Shown: positions 8,971 through 19,142 of the stretch, one piece after another | Position numbering within the stretch: position 1 is the first letter of the stretch | Layout: the number at the start of each line of letters is the position of its first letter | DNA from: Alphaproteobacteria bacterium | GTDB lineage: Bacteria; Pseudomonadota; Alphaproteobacteria; GCA-2731375 | NCBI GenBank assembly: GCA_965225945.1 | Contig: CBDDBZ010000032.1 | Coordinates: 32,001-96,000, forward strand | Length of the DNA stretch: 64,000 bases | Direction: 5' to 3' | The notes under the pieces: generated by a model | What the model saw: the letters and a program-made list of their open reading frames with translations, nothing else | The model's database searches: none | Told to the model about the DNA's origin: nothing | Program-made: the position numbers and the translations under genes

Positions 8971-9948
8971 ATGAAGATCAGGTCCTACGCAGCGGCCGAC
9001 GAGGCCGCGTTGATCGCGCTCTGGCGGGCCTCGGACCTGTTGGTCAATCCCCTGAACGATCCCCGGCGCGACATCCGCTTCTGCCTCGAGAGCGGGCACG
9101 GTGAGATCCTGGTCGGCGAATGCGAGGGACGCCTGGTGGCGAGCGTCATGGTGGGGCACGACGGCCATCGCGGCTGGATCTACTATGTCGCCACCATGCC
9201 GGACCTGCGCGGCGCCGGGCTGGGCCGGCGCATCATGTTCGCGGCGGAGGACCGCCTGGCGGCCAAGGGCGTGGCGAAGGTCGAGCTGCTGGTTCGCGAC
9301 GGCAACACCCGGGTCATCGGCTTCTACCAGCGGATCGGCTATGTCGTGGAGCCGAGGGCGGTCCTGACCAAGCGGCTGGACGGCGTGGGGGTGGCGATGG
9401 GTGGGGCTTCGAGCGACGACGACGTCACCATCACCTTCCTGGAGATGCGGGCCAGGCCGGAGCTGCCCCGGATCGAGCCGGCCGGCCCCGTGGCGCTGCT
9501 CCAGGCCAAGACGCCGACCACCGCCTTCTACCACTACCTCTACGACGCGGTCGGGCGAGCCTGGTACTGGACCGATCGCAAGCAGCTCAACGACGAGGAT
9601 CTCGCGGCGATCATCCAGGACGCGCGGGTGGAGATTTACGTGCTCCACGCGGACGGCGTGCCGGCCGGCTATTTCGAACTCGACCGCCGCCGGGCGCCCA
9701 CCGTCGATCTCGCCTATTTCGGCATCATGGCGGACTTCATCGGCCGCCGCCTCGGCCCTTATCTGCTGGCGAGGGCGATCGAGACGGCGTGGACCGGCGG
9801 CACCGAGCGGTTCACCGTCAACACCTGCACGCTGGACCATCCCCGGGCGTTGCCGATGTACCAGCGCTTCGGCTTCGTGCCCTATGAGCACCGAAAGGTG
9901 CCGCCACCGTGGCGACGGGGCGACACCTCGGCCTACGAGACCGGCTGA
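8971..9948 (+). CDS. tandem two-domain GNAT acetyltransferase
   Basis: N-domain YpeA-like (MVGHDGHRGWIYY, RGAGLG, FYQRIGY); C-domain (LAYFG...GRRLG, NTCTLDHPRALPMYQRFGF). Confidence 0.85.
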   Translation: MKIRSYAAADEAALIALWRASDLLVNPLNDPRRDIRFCLESGHGEILVGECEGRLVASVMVGHDGHRGWIYYVATMPDLRGAGLGRRIMFAAEDRLAAKGVAKVELLVRDGNTRVIGFYQRIGYVVEPRAVLTKRLDGVGVAMGGASSDDDVTITFLEMRARPELPRIEPAGPVALLQAKTPTTAFYHYLYDAVGRAWYWTDRKQLNDEDLAAIIQDARVEIYVLHADGVPAGYFELDRRRAPTVDLAYFGIMADFIGRRLGPYLLARAIETAWTGGTERFTVNTCTLDHPRALPMYQRFGFVPYEHRKVPPPWRRGDTSAYETG

Positions 9949-10178
9949 TAGAGGTCATCAGGCCCCTCGGCCCTCGCCGTCGCCCTCCCCATGGCTTCGG
10001 CCCAGACGCCATCCATGGTCATTTGGCTGATACCGCCCTCGATGGCCTAGCGGATTTCCCGCGCGATCACGGCCTTGCGCCGACCCTCGGACAGGCGCTC
10101 GAGGCGGGCGATATCCGCCGCGCTCGGCGCCGAAAACGAACTGATCTCGATTTCGGGTGTCTCGGCGTCGGTCGTCAT
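9933..10178 (-). pseudogene. small ORF with in-frame TAG, possibly an antitoxin-like remnant
   Basis: MTTDAETPEIEISSFSAPSAADIARLERLSEGRRKAVIAREIR*AIEGGISQMTMDGVWAEAMGRA...; TAG at 10047-10049; C-terminal half resembles ParD-type antitoxin tails. Confidence 0.3.
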
Positions 10179-10266
10179 TTTCAGGTTTTCACCCCTAAAA
10201 CATGGCAATCGAGAACCATTCCGAAATCAAAGTTCATCTCGAGGGGGAGGCTAGAAGGACCACCCC

Positions 10267-11205
10267 CTACGCCGCCTGCTTCCCATTCACGACGTCGAGC
10301 CAGGGGCAGACATCGGCGATCAGGCGTTCGGTCTGCTCGATCAAATCGTCGTCGCCGGCGCCGATCGGGCGCAGGACGAACTTGGAAATGCCGGCATCGA
10401 CATAGCCCTGCAAGCGCCGGACGATCGCCTCGCCGTCACCCGCCACCATGTTCTGGCGCGGATCGCGGGCGAAGCGGGCCTGGAAGGCCTCGGCGTATTT
10501 GCGCGCCGGCCCGTCATCGGGGGCGCCGAAGCGGAAGGCGAACGCCGCGCCGTAATGATCCTCGTCGATTCCCCGTCCGGCCTCGGCCAGCGCCACCTTG
10601 ATCCGCTCGACGACCCGGGCGATCTCGTTCGGCGGCTCGAACGCGCCCTGCCAGCCGGTGCCGAAACGCGCCGTGCGCCGGACCGCCGCCTCGCTGGAGC
10701 CGCCGATCCAGAGCGGGAGCCGCTTCTGCGCCGGCTTGGGCGAGATGGAGGCGCGGTCGTAATGGTAAAACTCGCCCTCGAAGCTGACCTCGTCCTCGGC
10801 CCAGAGCCGGCTGATCAGCTCCAGCCCCTCGTCGGTGCGGCGGCCGCGGCGCCGGGTCTCGCGGCCCGTCGCCTTCCAGTCCGGCGCCAGGCGGTTGCCG
10901 ATGCCGAAGGCCGGCAGCAGACGGCCCTGGCTCAGGAAATCGACGGTGGCGCATTGCTTGGCCAGCAGCAGCGGATCGCGCAGGCCCACCGAGACCACGT
11001 TCATGCCGAACTTCAGCCGCGTGGTCGCGCCGGCCAGCCAGGCCATGGTGCTCATCGCCTCGAGGAAGGGCTGGCGCGAGACCAAGCGATCGGTCTGCCA
11101 GATGGAATCGATTCCCCCCGCCTCGCAGGTCTGGACCCAACGCATGTAGGCCGCCGCCCCGGAGAAGGGAAAGTCGGCGATGCCCAAGCCGATTGCTATG
11201 CTCAC
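10267..11205 (-). CDS. LLM-class (luciferase-like) flavin-dependent oxidoreductase
   Basis: DSIWQTDRL, LAGATTRLKFG, RDPLLLAKQCATVDFLSQGR and LWIGGSSEAAVRRTAR; GTG start with AAGGAG RBS. Confidence 0.88.
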   Translation of the reverse strand: MSIAIGLGIADFPFSGAAAYMRWVQTCEAGGIDSIWQTDRLVSRQPFLEAMSTMAWLAGATTRLKFGMNVVSVGLRDPLLLAKQCATVDFLSQGRLLPAFGIGNRLAPDWKATGRETRRRGRRTDEGLELISRLWAEDEVSFEGEFYHYDRASISPKPAQKRLPLWIGGSSEAAVRRTARFGTGWQGAFEPPNEIARVVERIKVALAEAGRGIDEDHYGAAFAFRFGAPDDGPARKYAEAFQARFARDPRQNMVAGDGEAIVRRLQGYVDAGISKFVLRPIGAGDDDLIEQTERLIADVCPWLDVVNGKQAA

Positions 11206-11222
11206 GATTCGGCTCCTTCGTC

Positions 11223-12026
11223 TCACGCCGCCCGCCGGCGGGGTTCGTAAATGGCCGTGTGCCGAATGCGCAGCAGCGGCGTCAGCTGACCACCGAGGAC
11301 GAGCGCGTCCACCTCGACGAACTTGTGCCCCTTGCGCTCCCGGTTGTCGAGGACCCGCCCCCGCGTCTCCAGCCCGCTCTTGAGCGGCGCGGCGATATAG
11401 TGCTGCACCGTGCTCTCGACGTGGATCCAGGGGCCGAGGGTGACATTGGCGCGGAGCAGAAAGTTGCCCTGGCGCAGCAGCGTCGCCGGATGGAGCCAGC
11501 CCGCTTCGGCGTAGACCGGCAAGGTCTCGCGGACGTTCTCCAGCGCGCGGCGCGCCGCCTCCATGTCCGGATCCTGCCGGTGGGGGGCGAGGATGGCGCC
11601 GATCGGCAGCGTGTGGGGCGCGGCGGGCGGCCTTTCGTCCGGCGCGGGTGCCAGCGGGAAGTCCAGAATCGCCGGCGGCTCGGGCGCCACCGCCGGCAGG
11701 CGCGCGGTCATCCGGGCCGCGACCTCCTCGCGCGCCACCACCGCCACCTCCAGCGCGCCGTCGGGCCCGAGCCCGCTCTCCACCCGGACCAGGTCGCCGT
11801 CGTAGACCGGCTTCAACAGCCTGACGTTGGCCCAGCCCCGGCGGATCCAGTCGGGCCCGAAGTGGCGCACCGCCGCGCCCGTGGCATAGGCGTAGACGTC
11901 GACGCCGGGCACCAGGCCGCCGGAGAAGCCGTACTGGCGGGCCACGCTGTCGTCGTGGATCCGATTGTCCGACGCCACCGCGGTATTGAAGGCCTCGATC
12001 GTGAACGTCGCCGGCGCCGCGCTCAT
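11223..12026 (-). CDS. double hot-dog (MaoC-like dehydratase) protein
   Basis: NRIHDDSVARQYGFSGGLVPG and LLKPVYDGD; second hot-dog domain WIHVES. Confidence 0.75.
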   Translation of the reverse strand: MSAAPATFTIEAFNTAVASDNRIHDDSVARQYGFSGGLVPGVDVYAYATGAAVRHFGPDWIRRGWANVRLLKPVYDGDLVRVESGLGPDGALEVAVVAREEVAARMTARLPAVAPEPPAILDFPLAPAPDERPPAAPHTLPIGAILAPHRQDPDMEAARRALENVRETLPVYAEAGWLHPATLLRQGNFLLRANVTLGPWIHVESTVQHYIAAPLKSGLETRGRVLDNRERKGHKFVEVDALVLGGQLTPLLRIRHTAIYEPRRRAA

Positions 12027-12048
12027 GGCTCCCCTCTCGCGTTACCCG

Positions 12049-14346
12049 TTACTTCGACGTCATCACCCACTCGCCCCGCCAGTCGTCCGGCGGCGGCTCC
12101 ACCTCGAAGTGGCGGCAGCGATCGACATACACCCGGCTCGCCGCATCGGCCGCGTTCGCCTCCAGGGCCTGCTCGAAACAGGCGATGCCCTTGGCCCACG
12201 CGCGCGCCCGATAGAAGCCGAGACCGTCGCGAAAGTGCCCCAGGACATCGACCAGGTTGGGAAAGCTCTCGGCCGTGTGGTAGTCCATCACCTCGTGCAC
12301 GGCGACGGGCTCGGTCTTGCCCTTGACCACCACGAAGTCGATCGGCCGGACGCGATAGGTGGCGCGCAAGCGGTCGATGGTGTTCTGGCTCGCCAGGATC
12401 TTCGCGCCATAGGGCTTGCAGAGGCCCTCCAACCGCGAGGCCAGGTTCACCCCGTCGCCGATCACGGTGTAGTCCATTTTGCGGGGCGAGCCGATGTTGC
12501 CCGAAACCACGGCGTCGGTATTGATCCCGACCCCCATCTCGATCGGCTTCTTGCCCTCGCTCGAGCGCCGGCGGTTGTAGGCGGCGAGATCGTTGATCAT
12601 GGAGATCGCGGCGCGGACCGCGCGATCCTCGTTGTCCTCGTGGCTCATCGGCGCGCCGAAGACGGCCATGATCGCATCGCCGATGAACTTGTCGACCAGG
12701 CCGCCCTCGCGGTTGATGCAGTCTTCCATGATCGTGAAATACTCGTTCAGCAGGCTGACGGTGCCGGGGGCGCCCAACTCCTCGGTGAGGGTGGTGAAGT
12801 CGCGGACGTCCGTGAACAGGATCGTCGCCTCGCCGCTCTGCCCGCCGAGCGCCTCCTGCCCCTGCTCCATCAGCTTCGCGGCGATCACCGGGCCCATGTA
12901 GCGCGACAGCGTCGATTGCATCCGCTTCTCGTCGCTGATGTCCTCCAGCATCATCAGCATGCCGGCGGCGTCGCCGCCCTGGCGCAAGGGCGAGATGGTG
13001 AGATTGATCGAGCGGCTTTCGCCCCGGACGTCCAGCACGCCGTCCATCACCGCCTCCGAGCCCTTGCTCTCCAGCGCCTTTTCCAGGCGTTCGTGAATCC
13101 AGTTGTTGTCACCGGCGAAGAGATCACTCGACTTGCGGCCGACGATGTCGCTGGTGCGGGCGCGGAGAACGCGCTGAACGCCGGCGTTGCAGGTCACCGC
13201 TACGCCGTCGCCGTCGAAGGTCAGCACGCCGTTCGACATGCTCTCGAGCATGGTCTCGTTGTAGTTCTTAATGCTCTGCACGTCCTCGAACAGCTGGGCG
13301 TTCTCGAGGCAGATGGCGATTTGCACGGTGAAGGCCTTGAGGTGGGCCTCGTCCTCGTCGGAGAAGGGGCCGCCGCGCTTGTTCAGCACCTGGGTGACGC
13401 CGATCCGACGGCCCTCCTTGTTGACCAACGGCACGCAGAGCACGGAGCGGGTGAAATAGCCGGTCCGGGTATCGACGCTCGGATCGAAGCGCAGATCGGC
13501 GTAAGCGTAAGGGATGTTGATCGTCTCGCCCCGGGAGAACACGGTGCCGGCGATGCCGGCGTCGTTCGGCAGGCGGATCTTGGTGGCTCCGAGGCCGAGG
13601 CCGATCTCGGTGTAAAGTTCCGCCGTTTTCTCGTCGTTGAGGAACAGCGTCGCCCGGTCGGCCTCCAGCATGTCGGTGATCGCGCCCATAATCTTCTGCA
13701 GCAGGGGTCCGAGCTGAATTTCGGTCGAGAGATCGGTCACCATCTCCAGGAAGCGCGCCTCCTGCTGCCGCGTCTCCTCCATCCGGCGGACCAATACGCT
13801 GCCATGCAGCACCACGGAGGCTTGCGTCGCCAGGGCTTCCAGCAGCTCCAAATCGGCCGGGACAAAGGCCGCGTTCTGCTTGTTCAGGCACTGGATGACG
13901 CCCAACACCTCGCCACGAACCGTGCGGATCGGCGCGCAGGCGAGATTGAGGGTGCGATATCCGGTCACCTGATCGACGGTTTTGCTGAAGCGGGAATCGG
14001 CGTAGGCGTCGGCGATGATCAGTCCCTGGCCGGTGGTGAAGACGACGCCGGCGACGCCGGTGCTGTTCGAGAGCCTGAGGTCGCGCAGCTCTTCCCCCCG
14101 GGCGACCCGGGCATATAGCTCGCCCGTCGTGGCGTCGTTCAGGAACAGCGTGCCGCGGTCCGCATCCGTGGTCTCCACCGAGATCTGGATCAGAGCATCG
14201 AGCTGCTCCTCTAGCGAGGTCAACGCCGCCAATCGGTTTGAGACCGAAAGCAGCAGCGTCGAAGAGCGGGCGCGGGAGCGCCGCGCGCGGGGCCGCGCGG
14301 CCCCTTCGTCGCGATCGTTCAACAAATCGTCCTGCAAATCGGTCAT
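12049..14346 (-). CDS. class III adenylate cyclase, GAF-GAF-PAS-cyclase-TPR (CyaB-like)
   Basis: two GAF domains (NKxxxxF..DLE and NKRGGPF..EDE), PAS, FTDVRDFT, VDKFIGDA and DYTVIGDGVNLASRLE with ATP-specifying Lys and Asp. Confidence 0.92.
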   Translation of the reverse strand: MTDLQDDLLNDRDEGAARPRARRSRARSSTLLLSVSNRLAALTSLEEQLDALIQISVETTDADRGTLFLNDATTGELYARVARGEELRDLRLSNSTGVAGVVFTTGQGLIIADAYADSRFSKTVDQVTGYRTLNLACAPIRTVRGEVLGVIQCLNKQNAAFVPADLELLEALATQASVVLHGSVLVRRMEETRQQEARFLEMVTDLSTEIQLGPLLQKIMGAITDMLEADRATLFLNDEKTAELYTEIGLGLGATKIRLPNDAGIAGTVFSRGETINIPYAYADLRFDPSVDTRTGYFTRSVLCVPLVNKEGRRIGVTQVLNKRGGPFSDEDEAHLKAFTVQIAICLENAQLFEDVQSIKNYNETMLESMSNGVLTFDGDGVAVTCNAGVQRVLRARTSDIVGRKSSDLFAGDNNWIHERLEKALESKGSEAVMDGVLDVRGESRSINLTISPLRQGGDAAGMLMMLEDISDEKRMQSTLSRYMGPVIAAKLMEQGQEALGGQSGEATILFTDVRDFTTLTEELGAPGTVSLLNEYFTIMEDCINREGGLVDKFIGDAIMAVFGAPMSHEDNEDRAVRAAISMINDLAAYNRRRSSEGKKPIEMGVGINTDAVVSGNIGSPRKMDYTVIGDGVNLASRLEGLCKPYGAKILASQNTIDRLRATYRVRPIDFVVVKGKTEPVAVHEVMDYHTAESFPNLVDVLGHFRDGLGFYRARAWAKGIACFEQALEANAADAASRVYVDRCRHFEVEPPPDDWRGEWVMTSK

Positions 14347-15242
14347 GACTGACTATCCAATTCCCGGCGCAGCGCCGTGATGGTATCGCGGAGATGGCGG
14401 CGCTCCTCCTCGAACGCCACTTCGTGCGAATCGCGCGCCCGCGCCTCCTCCTCGTCTCGCGTTTCGAGCGAACGGCGGAGCGCGGCAATGGTGCTCTCGA
14501 GTTGCTCCCGCGCCAGCTCGACCTCGGCCACGACATCGCGCACGGCGCCAGCGCGCGCGGCGTCGGTGTTCGCCAGTTCCTGGCGCAGGACCAAAATTTC
14601 GGTCTTGAGCCTCTCCGTCTCCAGCGCGCCTTGCCGGCGGATCTCCTCGATCCGAACGTCCTTTTCGACGCTCTCCTCGTCGAGACGTCGACGCAGATCG
14701 ACGACCATGGCTTCGAGGGCCTCGCGCTCCGCTCGGGTCGAACGCGCCTGAGCCGCCAGCGCGTCGTCGTGGTCGAGGTGCCTCGTCCGCGCATCGGCCC
14801 TGAGCACCGCCACCGTCGCCTCCAGCTCGGCCCGGTCGACGTCCGCCTTCGCGGCCTGACGGGCCAGGCTCTCGTCCTTGTCGAGCCGCGCCGCTTCCAG
14901 ATCCGCGCGCAGGCTGGCGATGGTGCCCTCGAGGTCGCGGCGCTCGCGCGCCGCCTCGCGACGGCTCGCCTCCTGGCGATGCTCGGTCTCGAGGCCGGCG
15001 TCATGCAGGCTTCGGCGCAGCGCGAAGACCGTGTCCTGCAGTTCCTTCAGGCGGGCCTCGCCCTCGGCCACGGCGAGCTCGATGCCGCGCTCGCGATCGC
15101 GCGACATGTTCTCCATGGCGTTGCGGAGCGCCTTGATGGTGCTCATCAACTGCTGGTCATCGGCGCGCGCGCGGCTCACCTCCTCGAGCGGATCCCCGAG
15201 GACCTTCGTCGCCTCCGCCGTCCGATCCGATTGGTCCAGCAC
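14343..15242 (-). CDS. long coiled-coil hypothetical protein coupled to the cyclase
   Basis: E/A/R/L-rich heptads with recurring L..TIA.LRR.LE; stop overlaps the cyclase start (ATGA). Confidence 0.75.
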   Translation of the reverse strand: MLDQSDRTAEATKVLGDPLEEVSRARADDQQLMSTIKALRNAMENMSRDRERGIELAVAEGEARLKELQDTVFALRRSLHDAGLETEHRQEASRREAARERRDLEGTIASLRADLEAARLDKDESLARQAAKADVDRAELEATVAVLRADARTRHLDHDDALAAQARSTRAEREALEAMVVDLRRRLDEESVEKDVRIEEIRRQGALETERLKTEILVLRQELANTDAARAGAVRDVVAEVELAREQLESTIAALRRSLETRDEEEARARDSHEVAFEEERRHLRDTITALRRELDSQS

Positions 15243-15246
15243 GTTC

Positions 15247-15294
15247 GCCGTCTCCCCGCTCTCGCCCCAAGCCGTCTCCCCGCTCTCGCCCCAA
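15247..15294. repeat. perfect 24-bp tandem duplication over the ribosome-binding region
   Basis: gccgtctccccgctctcgccccaa x2 immediately upstream of the 15242 start. Confidence 0.9.
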
Positions 15295-15406
15295 TAGTAG
15301 GGATCGTCGCCCCGGGGGGAAAGAGTTGCTGGTTACCCCGCTTCCAGCGGCGCCTGCGCTGGCCGAGGAAGGTGGTCATGTGAAAGACGGCTTGCGCCGG
15401 TCCCTG

Positions 15407-15434
15407 GCGGTAGGCGGTAGGCGGTAAGCGGTAG
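15407..15434. repeat. heptamer tandem repeat (gcggtag) x4
   Basis: gcggtag gcggtag gcggtaa gcggtag. Confidence 0.85.
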
Positions 15435-15540
15435 CGAGGGGGCAAGCGCGCCGCGCGCGGCAGGCCAGCGCCATGCAGTCGGCCCCGGCCGGCCGGGCGT
15501 GGTCATCAACGCCGGTCTCGGCGACTTTCGAGTCGGGCGC

Positions 15541-16866
15541 TCAAAGCTCCGGCGCGCCATCCCGGCGGATCGCCTTCAGGCGACGATTGACCGCGAAACC
15601 CAGGATCGGGTCGGGTGGCAGCCAGGCCGCCGCGCTCAACGACAACTGCGCCGCCAGCAGCTCGCTGTCGGCGCCCACGATGTGGTCGGCCAGCAGGCGG
15701 CCGGTGATGCTGCCGCGCGCGACCGGGCCAGCGTCGCCGGCGACGACGCCGTGGACACCGTCCGCCAGGCGCCCGAAGAGCGCGCCCTGGTTTCGCGTAT
15801 AGGCGATGCCGCCGCCCCAGGCGTGCTCGAACTCGACATCGCCGAGCGCCGGCCAACGCGCCCGGAGCGCGCGGCGGTGATTGTCGCGCGCCGCCGCCGG
15901 CACCGCCGGATCGAGCGCCCTCGTGGGCGAATATTGGAAGGAATTGCGGATCAGAAGACGGCCGTCCCGGGTCAGCCGCACCGTGCTGCCGTTGTGAGAG
16001 GCGGGCAGCAGGCCCAGCTCGTCGGTCGCCGGGAAATGCCTCCGGCGCTCCTCCTCGCTCAGTCGGCGGGTCATGGAGGCGTAGGTGGCGATGGTGAGCA
16101 GGCGATGGCGGAAACCGCCGAGTCTCGCCGTATGGCAGCCGCCCGTCAGGATCAAGCGGTCCGCCCGCACCTCGCCGCAATTGCAATCGAGGCGGAAGCC
16201 GCCGCCTTGGCGGTGGATCGCCACCACCATCGTCGCCTCGCGCAGCTCGACGTTGAGGGGAAGCGTCGCCGCGAGACCCCGCACCATTGCCGCCGGCTGC
16301 ACCAGGGCGTTGCCCGCCGCCCAGAGGCCGGAGGTGTAGAAATCGGAACCGGTCAAGCGGCGGAGCGAGTCCGCGTCGTGGTCCTCGGTCTCGGCGCCGA
16401 TCCGCCGGTGCGCGGCGCGAATTTCGGCCAATTGCGCATCACCATCCTCGCCGGCGGAGACGTAGAGCCGGCCCCATTCGCTCCAATCGCACCTGATCTG
16501 GTGCTCGGCGACGAGGCGCCGCAGCTCGTCCACGCCGGCGCTGAGGATCAACGCATAGCGCCGCTCGAAGTCGTGGTCGGCGCCGCTGCCGACGCCGTGG
16601 GGGCTGTAGTTCAGGACGAAGCCCGAATTGCGCCCGGAAGCGCCGAGACCGACACGCGTCGCCTCCAACAACACGATCCGATCATCCGGCCGATGCTCGG
16701 CGAGACGCCGCGCGACGGCGAGGCCGCAGACCCCGGCGCCGATGATCGCCCAGTTCGCGCTCTCCCTGCCGTTGAGCGGGCGCGCGGGCCCGGGCGGCGG
16801 CAAGATGTTGTACCAGCCGCAGTCGGCGACCTCGCGAGGCAGGTTGCGGACGGGCCCGAATTTCAA
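15541..16866 (-). CDS. FAD-dependent oxidoreductase (DAO/PuuB-like)
   Basis: IIGAGVCGL, GASGRNSGF, LVQPAAMVRGLA and HAWGG. Confidence 0.88.
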   Translation of the reverse strand: MKFGPVRNLPREVADCGWYNILPPPGPARPLNGRESANWAIIGAGVCGLAVARRLAEHRPDDRIVLLEATRVGLGASGRNSGFVLNYSPHGVGSGADHDFERRYALILSAGVDELRRLVAEHQIRCDWSEWGRLYVSAGEDGDAQLAEIRAAHRRIGAETEDHDADSLRRLTGSDFYTSGLWAAGNALVQPAAMVRGLAATLPLNVELREATMVVAIHRQGGGFRLDCNCGEVRADRLILTGGCHTARLGGFRHRLLTIATYASMTRRLSEEERRRHFPATDELGLLPASHNGSTVRLTRDGRLLIRNSFQYSPTRALDPAVPAAARDNHRRALRARWPALGDVEFEHAWGGGIAYTRNQGALFGRLADGVHGVVAGDAGPVARGSITGRLLADHIVGADSELLAAQLSLSAAAWLPPDPILGFAVNRRLKAIRRDGAPEL

Positions 16867-16894
16867 GGCCTTCGCCTCCGATCGCGAGCCGGCT

Positions 16895-17584
16895 TCAGCT
16901 CTCCAGGTTCAATCCCATGTCCCAAAACGCCGCCTCCAGCCGGGTCGCCCGGCGAAACGTCTCGGCCAGCGAGGGAAGGCGATGCTCTGTCGCCCGACGT
17001 GTTGCCAAGCGCTCCAACTGCTCGATCGCCCCCCTCGCCACCTCGCGGTATTCCGCGCCCGAGTACATCTCGATCCAGGCGGCATAGCGATTGCCCTCGA
17101 TCCCCGCCGCGAGGCTGGCGCCGATCTCTGCGTAGCCGACGACGCAGGGCGCCAGCGCGACATGGAGATCCAGAATGTCGCCCGACAATCCCCGCTCGAG
17201 CACGAAGCGGGTATAGGCCATGGTGGCCCGCGCCTCCGGCAGCGCTTCCATCTCCGCCTCGCTCAAGCCCCAGCCGGCGCAGAACTCGACGTGCAGGCTC
17301 ATCTCGACGTCGAGCAGGCCGTTCACGATATCGGCCGCGGCCCGCATCTCCGCCAACGACTCCGACTTGTAGACGGCGAGCGCGTAAGCCCGGGCAAAAT
17401 GGATCAGGAAGAGATAGTCCTGACCGAGATAGTGGCGGAACGCGGCTTCGGGCAGGCTGCCGTCGCCGAGGCCGCGGACGAAGGCATGGTCGACATAGTC
17501 GCGCCATTCCGCCGCGCATTCGCCCCTGAGCCGGGCGAAGAAGCTGTTGGCCGGGATCACGCTAGCCGCATCTGTCTCGCTCAT
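16895..17584 (-). CDS. tenA: thiaminase II / TenA family protein
   Basis: HAFV..LGDGSL, YLGQDYLFL, LAPCVVGYAEIG and LEAAFW. Confidence 0.9.
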   Translation of the reverse strand: MSETDAASVIPANSFFARLRGECAAEWRDYVDHAFVRGLGDGSLPEAAFRHYLGQDYLFLIHFARAYALAVYKSESLAEMRAAADIVNGLLDVEMSLHVEFCAGWGLSEAEMEALPEARATMAYTRFVLERGLSGDILDLHVALAPCVVGYAEIGASLAAGIEGNRYAAWIEMYSGAEYREVARGAIEQLERLATRRATEHRLPSLAETFRRATRLEAAFWDMGLNLES

Positions 17585-17588
17585 CGGC

Positions 17589-17924
17589 TCAAGCCAGCAG
17601 CATGTTGCGGGTGCTGGCCGGTAGTCGCACGGTCAGCCCGTCCAGCGCCTCGGTGATCTCGATCTGGCAGCCGAGACGAGACGTCTTGGTCAGGCCGAAG
17701 GCGAGATCGAGCATGTCGACCTCGTCCTCGCTCGCCGGCTCCAGCCAGCCATAGTGCTCCGGCTCGACCATGACGTGGCAGGTCGAACAGGCCATGCAGC
17801 CCTCGCAAGCGCCCTCGATGTCGATGCCGTTCAGGTGCGCGATCTCCAGCACCGTCATACCGATGTCGGCCTCCACCTCCTTGCGCTCCGCGCCGTCGGC
17901 ACTGACGAAGACCATCTTGGCCAT
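17589..17924 (-). CDS. fdx: 2Fe-2S ferredoxin (adrenodoxin type)
   Basis: [15 protein letters not shown]...SRLGCQ. Confidence 0.93.
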   Translation of the reverse strand: MAKMVFVSADGAERKEVEADIGMTVLEIAHLNGIDIEGACEGCMACSTCHVMVEPEHYGWLEPASEDEVDMLDLAFGLTKTSRLGCQIEITEALDGLTVRLPASTRNMLLA

Positions 17925-17984
17925 GCCGCTCGTCCCTTCCCCGGAAGATTTCGAAATCCCTACGTCGATGCGGCGTGAACGTCC

Positions 17985-19142
17985 TCAGGCGGCGTCGGCC
18001 GTGGCGCCCGGGCGATCGTGGATCTCGCGCCAAACCTCGACGAAGCGGTCGACATCGGCGGCGGTGCTGGCCCAGCCGAGACTGACGCGGACGGCGGTCA
18101 TCGCCTCGTCCTCATCGATTCCCATGGCTTCCAGCACATGGCTCGCGGCGATCTTGCCGGAGGAACAGGCGGAGCCGGCGCTGATCGCGACATGCGCGAG
18201 GTCGAAGGCCATGACCTGGAGGTCGGAACGGACCCCCGGCATCGAGACGCAGGTGGTGTTGGGGAGCCTCGGGGCAGCCCCACCGTAAACCCGCCGCGCG
18301 GATTCGATCTTGGCCAGCCGGCGCTCGATGTCGTCGCGCAGGCTGGCGAGCCCGGCGAAGCGGTCCAGCCCCTCGCGCGCGAGCTCGGCCGCGCGACCGT
18401 AGCCCGCGGCGCCGGCGACGTTCTCCGTCCCCGAGCGCCGCCCCTTCTCCTGGCCGCCGCCGACGATTTCCGCCGCCAGATCCATGTCCTGGCGCAAAAC
18501 CAGGGCGCCGATGCCTTGCGGGCCGCCGATCTTGTGGGCGGAGAGGCTCATCATGTCGACGTCGAGCGCCTGGATGTCGAGCGGAATCTTGCCCGCCGCC
18601 TGCACCCCGTCGCAGTGTACCAGAGCGCCGTGGCGATGCGCTATTCCGGCGATTTCCGCCACCGGCTCGATCACGCCGGTCTCGTTGTTGGCGAGCATGA
18701 CGGAAACGAGCACCGGTTTGTCGGCGGCCTGGAGCGCCGCCTCCAAGCCATCGAGCAGGACCCGGCCCTCGCCGTCGACCGGCAGGATCACCGCGCCCGC
18801 ATCGCGCAGCATCGCCGGCGCAAGCACCGCGCCGTGTTCCACCGACGAGACCATCAAGCGGCGATCCCCGACGCCCTTCAGCGCCAGATTGTCCGCCTCC
18901 GTCCCGCCCGAGGTGAAGATCACGTTCTCGGCCTCGGCCCCCACCAGGGCGGCGATCGCCTCGCGCGCGTCCTCGACGACGACGCGGGCCCGGCGGCCCG
19001 GCTCGTGCACCGAGGACGCGTTGCCGACCTCCGACATCACCTGGGCGACGGTCTCGATCACCTCCGGGCGAACGCGGGCGGTGGCGTTGTAGTCCAGATA
19101 GACGTAATTGCTGTCCACGGTTTTCGTCTTCCCTCGTCTCAT
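17985..19142 (-). CDS. iscS: cysteine desulfurase (IscS/NifS group I)
   Basis: YLDYNAT, FTSGGTEADN, SAHKIGGP, RSGTEN and SAGSACSSG; start codon uncertain. Confidence 0.92.
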   Translation of the reverse strand: MRRGKTKTVDSNYVYLDYNATARVRPEVIETVAQVMSEVGNASSVHEPGRRARVVVEDAREAIAALVGAEAENVIFTSGGTEADNLALKGVGDRRLMVSSVEHGAVLAPAMLRDAGAVILPVDGEGRVLLDGLEAALQAADKPVLVSVMLANNETGVIEPVAEIAGIAHRHGALVHCDGVQAAGKIPLDIQALDVDMMSLSAHKIGGPQGIGALVLRQDMDLAAEIVGGGQEKGRRSGTENVAGAAGYGRAAELAREGLDRFAGLASLRDDIERRLAKIESARRVYGGAAPRLPNTTCVSMPGVRSDLQVMAFDLAHVAISAGSACSSGKIAASHVLEAMGIDEDEAMTAVRVSLGWASTAADVDRFVEVWREIHDRPGATADAA

